From Psammoneis japonica (lineage: Eukaryota), in assembly GCA_008632985.1 (NCBI GenBank), contig QPGO01000178.1, positions 62,001 through 126,000 of the forward strand: a DNA stretch of 64,000 bases, given 5' to 3'. The notes beneath the pieces are model-generated. The model worked only from the letters and a program-made list of their open reading frames with translations. It ran no database searches and was not told the origin of the DNA. A program made the position numbers and the translations under genes. Of this stretch, positions 25,017 to 35,795 are shown one piece after another (positions within the stretch are counted from its first letter, which is position 1; each line of letters opens with the position of its first letter).

Positions 25017-27393
25017 ATGATGTTGACGGCGCCACGGCAACGGGTAAGGACCGCTGTAGATGCTACCAATGCGGAGGATACCAGCAAGAGAAAGTCGCTA
25101 TTGCTTCCAAAGCGAACAAGAGGGAAGCAAAGGAAAGCGCATAAAGTTTGGGAAATTTTCGGCGTCACACTGATGCTAGTTCTGCTGGTGGTGGTGTTTA
25201 CTCCAATAGCGACACATCAGCGGGGTTCAACGACGACAGGATTCGTCAACAACACTGTCCGATTCATCACGTCTCAAAAGCACAATATGACTTCATCGAG
25301 ACCGATACTAACTGCGTTTCTGGAGCCTTTTGATACGCTTCAGCAGAACATTCAGCCGCTACCGATACGAAACACCTCTGCGTCTCGCTTAACAAGGATT
25401 GAATACCCCGAGGTGAAGCAATGCTCGATGTTATCTGAGACCTTTCCTATTGATAACTTTCCCACGGGTGACCCTTTTTTGCCTTGGATTCATGATGTAT
25501 TCCCTACTTCGGATGGAAAATACATTCAGTTTGTGGCGCAGAACAAACGACGGTGCGATACGGGAAAGGATCACGAGAAAACTATGGAGCACTGGGAACC
25601 ACAGATTTCATTGTTTCAACCCGTGCCGATAAAGATTACAACTGATTCCAAAAATGGTGTAAAGACTGGTTTCCGACTGGCGACGTACGAAGAAGCTGAT
25701 GTCAAGGAAACGCGCTTTCTTTGTCGATTTCACTCTGGCAATCTCGAAGAAACAACACTGTCCGAATATCCCTTTAATTACGAATACATTAGTTGGCGTA
25801 AACACAGAGAGGGAACAATGTTTGTAAAGCAGGGGAAAGATGCGGCCAGCTTTTGGTTGTCACAGCTTTACTTTTCCTGTCCCGTGCCACCAGTATTTCA
25901 AGACCTGATACAGACGGGCAGCCATGTTCAGAATGACGTTTCAGAGCTCTTTGTAGATGTTGTGCCAATTCGAACTCCACCGAGAGACAAAAAGTTCCTT
26001 TTTAGCAAAGACCATGTGGGCGCTGAGCCTTTGGCAAGTCAAACTATCAAAGTTTTTGATGCAACGACTGAATGGGGATCGTATCACATTCTTCCGGAAA
26101 TCATTGACAGTGGCAGGTGGGCCAACATTCCGGTATGCCTTCCTCCCATTGCCAAGAAACGAAACCGACTCGTCGCCTGTACCTGGGCGGCAATGTCTTA
26201 TTCGCGACGAGGAGAATCTGTCCAGCTGAAAGACACGGCTGGACGATTCAGAGAATGGATAGAGTTTCACTCCATGGTGGGCTTTGATCAGTTGTTTGTT
26301 TACGACAATACAGTATTGGGGGATTCACCGTCCGAAATTGAGCGGATTGCGAGCGAGTATCCGGATACGGTCACCTACCATCGTTGGCCATGTCAGATTT
26401 GCAACAACAATCGACCGGCCCATGCAAATCCCGGCGAACGATCGAGCCAGTACGCAGCGGAAGCGAGCTGTAGGGAGCGTTATGGGTCAAACACAGATTG
26501 GATGGCCACTATCGACATTGATGAGTATCTGGTGCCGATGAAGGGGGATACTTGGGACGAAATCTTGGATGATATGGATCAAAAAGGCATGAAAATTTTG
26601 AAGCTGCGAAGCGCTCGAGCAAAGCCTCGAGTCAGACTGATGGAGTGAGTTGCTCTAGTGTCGTGTACCTTCGTTTCCATCCTTTTCGTCTTTTTTAACC
26701 GTTGTCCATCTATCGCAGGGAGTTACAGGATCAGTCTAGCTGCGTCGACACGAATGAACGTCGCAAGAAGGAACCCGATAGCTGTCTAGTCCCTCGGAAG
26801 GATCAAACGTTTCTTCGAGTGTACAACTGCGAATACATTAAACCCCCTCGACCCAGCCGCTTCGTCAGAGCCATGGTACGGCCCATTGGCACATTTTTCT
26901 CTTCTTTTCTTGTGTGTTTGCCATTCACACTTGTCGACTGCCGAAATTGTTTTTACAGAAACAAATCTACAGGCCGGACTATGTTTACAGCCACTTTGTT
27001 CATTACTCGACCGTGACGAAAGATATTGCCCGTTTGAGAAAGGATTATGAACCCTACGAGCGATACATTAGGAGCGTGCAGAGCGACGCTTGGCAAGCAA
27101 AGAGTCCCGAAGTCTTTCTGGATGAACTAAACGAAGGGAACTTGGTTCATACGCGATCTGTGCTGCCCAGCGAAACCACAAGACGAACAGATGAATGCTA
27201 CAACAGTTCTAAATTTGGTTGCATGATGGGCTACGAGTGCCCCGATTCTACAGAATTTGTCGATGCGATTCACCAGAAAAATATATTTCATGACGACGAA
27301 GGCAATTATTGCAACTGCTGGATAAACCATCGAATTGAAGATTTCTTTGTCCCCAAACTAGAAGCCGCGCTGGAAAGGGACGAAGAACGATAG
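25017..27393 (+). CDS. Glycosyltransferase family 92 (DUF23)-like type II membrane protein; introns 26645-26718 and 26876-26958
   Basis: N-terminal TM anchor; LVACTW, EWIEFHSMVGFDQLFVYDN, SQYAAEASC, WMATIDIDEYLVP; GT-AG introns restore frame. Confidence 0.8.
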
Positions 27394-27781
27394 AAAGCTC
27401 GAAATCGTGACCGATTCAAGAAGCTAGGGTTGTCGCGAACCCTGATTTCCCAACCAGAAGTTTTTTTCACGAACGAGGGAGCAGAATTGACAAATGGCTT
27501 CTCGGCTTGAAGTGTCGCGCAGAGCATCTTCAACCATATCGAGACTAGGCGAGTCGTCAATACGCGCAATCTATAGGAGATGGATGCGGTGTCTGCATTT
27601 CACCAAGCAGTGACTGATGACATCAATCGACAGCACCATCCTTTCATTTTGCGTCCGCCATTGCGCTATCGTTGTCATTGGATTTGTCGTCCACGGCGGG
27701 GCGAAAGTTAGTCACGAAACGCGACCAAGTCCATCCGGCGACCGGTTGGGTGCATTTTCGTGATGGTGAAGTCACAGTCTG

Positions 27782-28456
27782 ATGTCATCACATCGTGTCA
27801 CGGAAACGACATTGCGACGTCGTTCTTCATTCACCAACACCATAGTAGCAGCTTGCTCATCGACCATGGCGGCCTTCTTTGGAGGAGCATCGAGGATATT
27901 GTCAGCATTGCAGGCGAGGCCCGTTCTCTTCAATGGTGCAACAGGTTGCTCGCTATTTGGTGTTTCCGACGTGATTGCCCAAGGACTAGAGAAAGATGCT
28001 TTCTCATCATCAAGCAATGACGAATGGAGCAAAGTTGTGGAGAGAAGACGAATGATCTCAGCTGCATTTATTGGGTTCATGGCTTGTGGCTTCGTGTATC
28101 CCTACGCTTATTCAAAACTTGACAAAATCTGGGCTGGGGCTAATTTTTCATCGGTTGTGAAGAAATCCTTTCTGGAGATTGCGACGGTTGGTATATTTGT
28201 AAACTCAGTCAGCATCGCGTGTCGTGGCTTACTGGTGGGAAGAAACGGGGAAGAAGTTACAGTTCACGTTGCCTCAGAGATACCGAATGTCACACTTAAC
28301 GACGCAAGAGTTTGGCTCCCGTACAACATGGTAGCCTTCTCTGTTATCCCGGTACACATTCGACCGGCTACAACGTCTCTCATGGAAGCAATGTGGCAAA
28401 CGTATATAAGCTTATGCTCGCACAACTATGTTGAGACCGAGAGTGACGAGTCTTAA
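27782..28456 (+). CDS. Mpv17/PMP22 family membrane protein
   Basis: RPVLFNGATGCSLFGVSDVIAQ, RVWLPYNMVAFSVIPVHIR, WQTYIS. Confidence 0.85.
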   Translation: MSSHRVTETTLRRRSSFTNTIVAACSSTMAAFFGGASRILSALQARPVLFNGATGCSLFGVSDVIAQGLEKDAFSSSSNDEWSKVVERRRMISAAFIGFMACGFVYPYAYSKLDKIWAGANFSSVVKKSFLEIATVGIFVNSVSIACRGLLVGRNGEEVTVHVASEIPNVTLNDARVWLPYNMVAFSVIPVHIRPATTSLMEAMWQTYISLCSHNYVETESDES

Positions 28457-28684
28457 ACTTATCAAGAGAGCATTTTCATCGCGACCTGCCGGCGTTTGGC
28501 CCTGAGAATGTGAGCTACCACCACTTTTTGCTACTTCATGCTACCATTGCATAGAAAGAATAAACATAGAAACGACAAATCTGCTAACGATTCACGTGTT
28601 GACCATTTAATACACTCCCACAAAGACGGAATCACTCCGACATGAATCAGCAGTGTGCTCCTGCATCGTCAGGACGTACAGTAG

Positions 28685-29791
28685 TTAGTCCTCGTCTGAG
28701 TCATCAGTTACCTCCCAATCGTCTTCTACATCGTTCACCCACGAATCATAGTCCTCTGGCGCCCATGCACCCGGTGCAACCGTTGCTGTCATTGACAGGT
28801 CGCGTCTTTCTTCTACCTCGTCCGGTTCTATTTCTTCGTCAAGTTGCTCATGCTGGAGTGTCTCAAGAATGTCGAGTTGCACACCGGGATGGGGAATAGA
28901 AACTGGGTCATCAGGACCCAACATGGACTCTTGTCGTATTTGGCGTTCTTGTACTTTTCGTTTCAAACAATTGTCCAAGAATTTACGCAGCGCCTTCATG
29001 GCATCGTCGTCAAATTCTTCCCATAACTCAGAAGGTATTCGAAGATCCTGCTTCAAAAAGTCTTCGCACAGTACATCGGATACGGGACTCTGTCCTGCTT
29101 TCAGCGGAATGTTTGCAACAGAATCAAACAGTTTCAACTTGTCGGCAGTGATAAATCCCACAACACAACCACCAAAGATACTGACGATGGCATCCAAAGC
29201 CAAGGTGATCGGTTTGGTCACAAGCCAGCCCTCGCGAAAATAGGTTGTGCCATCCTTTCGTGTTACAATACGATTATGCAACGGGCTCTTTTCAAGCCTT
29301 GTGCTAGTGAGCATTTCGTTTTCTCGACCTTTCAACAACAAACTCCACGGCCAGAAAGGTCCCTTGTGTATGGATCGATTCATCCACCGAGCACCAGCCC
29401 ATCGCAAAAAGCAAAACTGAGTAACCGCTGCAGCAGTACCCCAGAAATAGGCTGGCCTCATGCATTTCTTGAATTCATCAAAGTCCGTGTTGTTTTCTTG
29501 AGACATTTTCGCATTCCATTCTCCGGAATCGAACTTTTTCTGAAGGATATCCGCAAACGACTTTGTAATCAATTCGTCGATTCCCATGTTGTTTAGATCA
29601 GGACGAAAAATTGGAATATGAACTGGAATTGGATCTTTGAGATCATCAGTTTCCTTTGCTACCGGATAACATTGAGAGTTGTCGTCATGTAGGGTGTCGT
29701 TCTCGCTCGTTGCAGAATGTGGACGTGGTGCATACACACGGTTCTCTGCATTCTCAGCTCGACGAGCTTCTCTTGACGATGAGTCGTTCAT
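28685..29791 (-). CDS. Hypothetical two-TM protein with acidic C-terminus
   Basis: Intact ORF of about 370 aa with two hydrophobic segments and IPLKAGQSPVSDVLC motif. Confidence 0.7.
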   Translation of the reverse strand: MNDSSSREARRAENAENRVYAPRPHSATSENDTLHDDNSQCYPVAKETDDLKDPIPVHIPIFRPDLNNMGIDELITKSFADILQKKFDSGEWNAKMSQENNTDFDEFKKCMRPAYFWGTAAAVTQFCFLRWAGARWMNRSIHKGPFWPWSLLLKGRENEMLTSTRLEKSPLHNRIVTRKDGTTYFREGWLVTKPITLALDAIVSIFGGCVVGFITADKLKLFDSVANIPLKAGQSPVSDVLCEDFLKQDLRIPSELWEEFDDDAMKALRKFLDNCLKRKVQERQIRQESMLGPDDPVSIPHPGVQLDILETLQHEQLDEEIEPDEVEERRDLSMTATVAPGAWAPEDYDSWVNDVEDDWEVTDDSDED

Positions 29792-31036
29792 ACCTGAAAT
29801 TTCTCCTATTTTGACCAGTGTGAATAGTTGATAGAACACCTAATACCTACTATGGTGCTGTGTGTAAGAGTTCATTGGATGACTTTGTTTTCCGATGAAC
29901 AGTTCCGCTCTCAGCAGGCTACAATTCTCCCATGGCAATTTGGCAATGCCGCTGAATATTTATCGCGGAAATCTTTCAATTGAATCCGCATGATTTTCCC
30001 GAGCTCGTACCGCGAACCGCTCACAAGGTGGCTCTGCACATCAAGACGCGAGATTCAGCGCTGCGGAAGAATCTCTAGGGCCTAGAGTAGAGAACGGTGA
30101 CAGCTCTAGCTGCTGTAGAGAGCAATTGGTAGAGTAGACTTGGAGTGAAGAGTGCAATCATTAGTTGCTGATTGATTGGCTCCCAAGAGAGGGAAGTTGC
30201 TTGCTCGCCACACAAGAAGCTTTGTTCTTGCCAGTGTGCTCCTGCACTGGGTGCTGTGTCCATTGTGCTTGTTTTGTGTGGCGCAGCTCCAACAACTTTT
30301 GACCCAATGAGATGTTTTGGGCCTTCTCATCTGTGCTTGTCAACAACATTGTGGACAAACACCAATTGAAGTGTGGAAAGCAATGTTCTTGGCCACCATT
30401 CTTGCCACAGGTCAAAACTGCCAAAAAACCCACAGGTTGGAGAGCTCCTCCTCTCTGGTCACCAAGAAAAAAGAAAATGTGCCATTTTCAGGCCACACCA
30501 CACAGCTGGCAAAAATGCCCAACTCAAGTTGCACCATGTGCTGACACTCATTGTCTGTGACAAACATGGCAACAGGGGTGCAAACAACATCTGGGACACC
30601 AATGATCCAGGTGTCGCACCAGCCGTCAAGATTTCTTGAAATAAAACCCGACATTTTCTCCCTTCAATCCAAGATCGTGCTGATTTGACAAGTCAGCTTT
30701 TCTGAAACATTCAACAACAAACATCCATGTTCCTCAATTCAACTGTTTGCCCCCCCATCCGACAAGCCTCATGGGCACATTTGGCTCCATTTTAATTTCT
30801 GGATTGTGTGTTGATCAACTTTCTGGATCAAATCAAAATCGCCGCCTGTGTCTGTCAATCTAGATTCTAATTGTTTTCTCAATTTTCTCTCCCTGCCCAT
30901 TCCATCCTTCCTTCCCGTCCATCCGCACATTGCATCTCCATGTTTCTGCCCTCACTGTGTCCCCAAGTGATTGTTGCTGCACCCGCTGTTTCCTTTCGAT
31001 TCTCTTCTCAACTCCTTCGTCCATGTACATCGGCCA

Positions 31037-33929
31037 TGTCATCTGATGGTCTTGTTTGTCCATGGTGCAAACGAACCGGTTTCTTTTCCGAACGTGGCCT
31101 CAGCAGGCACATTGCAACCAACTGCCTCCGTTCCGCCGTTTCCACCAAGTCTTTTGGTTGTCCTCGTTGCGGACAACGTGGATTTGACTCTGAAAACAAC
31201 GTGCAGTGTCACCTGTCTCGGCACTGCACCGCAGCATCTGGTCTCCATCCCCCATTGACACAGTTGCGCCGTGCAACCCAATTGTCTTCTTCATCCAGCG
31301 GAACATCTCTTTCCTCTCATCCTCTGGATTCTGCCTCCATCGGCTCCCTTGGATCCAACACCAACAAACCCAAATGTCCCCATTGCCGTGTTCCCTTTTC
31401 CAACATTGCCCTTCATCTACAGAAGCACTTGCCCTGCCGTGAAAAGGAGGAAATGTCCCTTCGCCTGCATGCCGCATCTTCCACTGCCGCCCACACACTT
31501 CCCCCTCCAGATGACGACCATGATGAATCACTGGACGACCATGACAATCCTGCTGGGTTTGGTTTCTCCGACGACGAACCCCCTCCTCCCCTCCCTGAAG
31601 TCCTTTGGAGTCCAGCTCCATCTCCTCCCACACCAATGGACAACTCTTCTCCAGCTTGTCCTCCCTCTGCTGGAAGTGGACTGCACCCACCCTCCGTCAG
31701 ACACTCTGGTCGATTGCGTTCAGCCGCCAACGCTGCTGCCGCCAGTGCAGCCTCCCAAAATGTCCGCCGATTTGTTTTGTTTGCAGATGATGGTGTGTCT
31801 GCCCTTGGAGAGGACAGTCCTGTGGATGTTCCTGAGTTCATTGGAGCCAACCGTCACGATGGCAGTTGTGCCCCCCCTCAATTTCCCGTCCGACAGAAGA
31901 TCCTGTTTCCTCCCTCGATCAACACAACCCTCTTGGCCCACTGCGTGACATCGCACCCGATGAGGATTTCGATGCACCTCCAGTCTGCTCACCCAGCATT
32001 GTGCCCATGGCACGTTTGCCACATTTGTGTCGTCGGTCAGGTGCTGCAATTGACTTTGTCGACAAAGCAATGAGAATTTTGCATGAAGAGCATGCAGAAA
32101 AAAGACTGGATTTGTCAAAGCCACCCATCACTGCCGCCGTGGTGATGAAGCAACTCCTGGGGTTGTTTCCCAATGTTCCTCTCCCCCGCACTGCTGCTGC
32201 TGTGATGCTGGAATGCAACAATCCAACACAGCAACAGAAGGATGGACCCAAATGTCGTTGCTCCCCACCTTTCCCGGTTTGCAGTTTCACCGAGACCTTG
32301 CAGGATCTCTTCGCCGAGCCAGTGTTCCGCAATCTTTCCAAGTTGCAGGTTAATCCAAATGATGTCTGGTCACCTCATGTGCCACCCCCCACCGATGGCA
32401 ATTTGGAACCCAGCGCTAGCCCGGCTGACGGTTTTGAGATGTCGTTCCCGGATTGTCCTGGTGACTGGCAATTGTCCACTCAAAGTCAAGACATGGGTGA
32501 CGGCGAGTGGCAACAACGTTGCACCAATGCCAAGGAAACGGCATCAGATTTTCACATTCACCTTGTTAATTGCTCGGACAAGACCGGAGTCAATGCGGTC
32601 AATCCTCACGGGATGGAGCCTGCAATGTGCTCACTTGCCATGATTCAAGAGGATGCACGCCGTGACTGCCGTTGTTGGCGTCCACTTGGATTCACACCCA
32701 ATTTGGACAGGAAAGACAAGAAAGACAAGCTTGGGCACCTTGTTGTTGCCAACTGTCACCGCATTCTCAAGGAGGTCCTCCGTGGTCTGCTTCATTGCCA
32801 GGTGAATCCACCCATTGTTCGTGCAACAACAGGCACTCAATGCCGCCATGTCAGAGCTGTGATGCATTGCAACTCCCTGTTGGGGGACATCCTCAATCAA
32901 GAACGCATTTGTGGAAGAGTCGTGGGCAGAAGCAAGACCGAGAGGTTGTCTCACAACTGCCATGTGCCCTCCCACCGTTCTGATGACCCCCTTCATGTCT
33001 GCCAATTTTTTTAACCAAGCTTTCATGGAGTTGCTCACTGCAGCTGCATTGGGTCTGGATCCAGAGGATGACAACAGCCGTTGGCACCAGCATGTTAAAA
33101 GCGTTTCCCAGAAACATCGCACAATGACATCAAAAAAAAGGCTGAGACTGAGCTGGCTTCATCCCTCATTCGCCGAATGACTGCATGCCACAAAATTTTG
33201 AGAAAAGTGTTTGGACAGCACGCAGTGGACAATGCTTGCTTTCCACCCAACATGGGCGACAACCCACGTGGTGCATTTGGCATGACCGTTGCTGACATGA
33301 TGCATGTGTTGGAGGCGGGCATTGTCCCTCAAATGATGGAGGCAATCATCGGAGAGATGTCTGCCAAACAGAAAGAGGAGTGCAACCGTGTTGCATCTGA
33401 GTCATTCTGCACATCCCATTGTTGTCCAGGTCAGAGATGTGACTGCCCGCGAATTCGAGTTAACGGGGGACTTTCCACACTCAGTCAACTTGTGTGTGAC
33501 GAGAAGATGGGAAAGCTTCTCGCACTTGCAATCATTGGTCACACACACGCTGGTAGAAAACTGCTGGAAAAAAGGTGTGATCCATCCTTTGACAGCAAAA
33601 AGAAAAAGACAGCTGATGGCTTTAAAGGAAAGAAGCAACAAGATGAACAATTGACCGAATCCTCAGAAAGTGAACCCAACAATGAGGACACTGAGCCCGT
33701 TGAACCATCCAATGAACAAACCAGCACAACCAACACAAGCCAGGTTGATGAGAATGCGGCTGTTGCACTTCCTAAAGAGACATGGTCTGATGTCACCTGC
33801 GACCCATCCAATCTTCATCACCGAAACTGTGTGATGCAACAGATGCATCGTCATGGACTTTCTGAATTTTGGGAACCATTTTCCAAGCAACTGGACAACG
33901 ATCACTTTCTGACACAACCATTGGATTGA
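31037..33929 (+). pseudogene. Plavaka-like transposase with N-terminal C2HC/C2H2 zinc fingers, frameshifted and truncated
   Basis: CPWC..H..C, CPRC..H..C, CPHC..H..H; HLVNCSDKTG, GMEPAMCSL, WRPLGFTPNL, NCHRILKEVL, GDILNQERICG, VDNACF...GAFGMTVADMMHVLEAGI, PRIRVNGGLSTLSQLVCDEKMG; no Tyr in ORFs 30871..32073, 31866..33014, 33177..33929. Confidence 0.75.
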
Positions 33930-34048
33930 TCTGTGTGGTGTCACATGAAGTCACCATGAGTCCTGCGGTGGCGGCCTTGTTGCGTGCACAAAGAAATGAA
34001 CATGGGGAATTGAACTGATTCCAGTGTGCAGGTGGCGATTCAAGTTCA

Positions 34049-35071
34049 GTGGTGACTCCCACAGAGGGATGTCTTGTGTTGGATCGTGCACCGGTGGTGG
34101 GCGAGAAATTGACAGCATCGATGTTGACCAAGGTCATCAATGAGAGTGTTTGGCCATGTCGCAAGTTCACAATCTTCAATCATGAACTCGCCGTGGGAGG
34201 AGATTGCATGAAATTGGTTCTGCAGGAGTTGAGGAGCATGGCATCTTTGCCGGAGAAGTTCTGGGGAGAACACAAAGAGGTGCTCAGGACCAAACTCAAC
34301 CGAAAGAGAAACAATGTGCAGGACAACATTGGGAGGAGAATGACAGGTGAGCAGATGTGTGCATGCCGGTGATTGTGTTGGAGGCGATTGTCCAACGGGA
34401 TGAGTGTCTCTTCCTTTGCCATTGTCTGTGCAGTTGCTGCTTTAGAGGGATCGCTGGTGGCTTGCAAAGACTTGACAAAGGGAAGAAATGACAAGGACAC
34501 ACACGCATGGTTCTTGGAAACTGTGGTGCCAACGGTGGTGGGACAAGCGCAGTTTGGCAGAAGCACAGCCGACATGCTTCAGGAATGGCTTTCGGTTTCG
34601 TTGGAGGCATTTGCTCTGCTGGTGTGCTTGAACTGCTGCAACAAGGTGAAGGACACGGCAGAGAAATTGGAAAAGGAAGAAAATGTTGCAAGGAGAAGAA
34701 AGCCAACTGTGAAAGATGCTGCTCCTGCAAAGTGCACAGCACAGGCGGTGGGGGAATCGGCAAAAGAGGAACCAAGGATGGAGCAAGGAGGGGATCAAGA
34801 AGTGCAATGATCCACATCAGTGGGTGGTGAAAGACAGAGAGAACAACCAGGGATTCAGTGCATGGTTCAAGGAGAGAAGGCGAGAGAAGACAAACTTGTC
34901 TCAGGAGGAAAACAAGAAACGCAAAAGAGAGGAAAAAAGAAAGGAGAGAGAGGAAGGATGGGCGGCGCCAATGGGAGAGGACCTGCCATTGCAGGCGGTG
35001 GCTGCAGGCAATGGAGCGGCAGCAAACACCACAATGGCCACCAACCAAACTGGTGTGCAAACTTAATTTGA
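34049..35071 (+). pseudogene. Accessory ORF of the transposon, degenerate
   Basis: VINESVWPCRKF, FWGEHKEVLRTKLNRKRNN, WFLETVVPTVVG, SVSLEAFALLVCLNC, AKCT, GWSKEGIKKCN...VVKDRE, a motif series I recognise from accessory ORFs beside Plavaka-type transposases. Confidence 0.55.
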
Positions 35072-35701
35072 AACAAACAATGAAATCCAGATGAGCGAAA
35101 ATTAAAAAAAACATTCTGTGACACAGTTTAGATGCAACAACATGTGGCAAGACAAGTTGGCAGAAAAGGAGGGTGGATTGCAAGCAGCAACATTTGTGTC
35201 AAAAGAACGAGAAACCCCAAATGTCAATTGGGGTGTGGGTCTGCATCATGTGAAAGGAATGATCACACTTGAAAGTGAGAAGCGATTCAGGTTTTAGAAG
35301 CTCACAAACTTGCGCAGTTCTCATGTCACATCCAAGGAGAGAATTGGCTTGTAAGTTGACAACAATCTGGCATCAAAGTCAAGAAATGCCCAGATTGTGG
35401 CAGACGGTCAGACCCAGATCATTGGCGTCCCAGATGAACTGCCCCCAAGGCCGCAACATTGCTGCTCACAAACCACAGGCTCAAGTTCAAGAAATGGGCT
35501 GGTGTGTTGCCTCAACGGAAAAATCTTTAACATCCACAACTTAGGATGATTTTACACATGCCAATTTGCAACCTTTTTCGCAAACATTTGGTCTGTCATC
35601 TGTCCATCAGAATGTGGATTTTCATGACCCTTCAGGCCTTTTTCACCACGACACAGCACGGCACAATGGCGCCGTCACGCCGTCGCGATTTTGAGCACAA
35701 T

Positions 35702-35795
35702 GGAAGGTGGGGCATCGGTCGCCGATGATTGCATCAGTCCCTTTCGATGCTCTAAAGGCTTGAATGTGTTGTCGGCGACCGATGCCCCACCTTCC
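35702..35795. repeat. Perfect 24-bp inverted repeat with 46-bp spacer
   Basis: GGAAGGTGGGGCATCGGTCGCCGA (35702-35725) and its reverse complement (35772-35795). Confidence 0.95.
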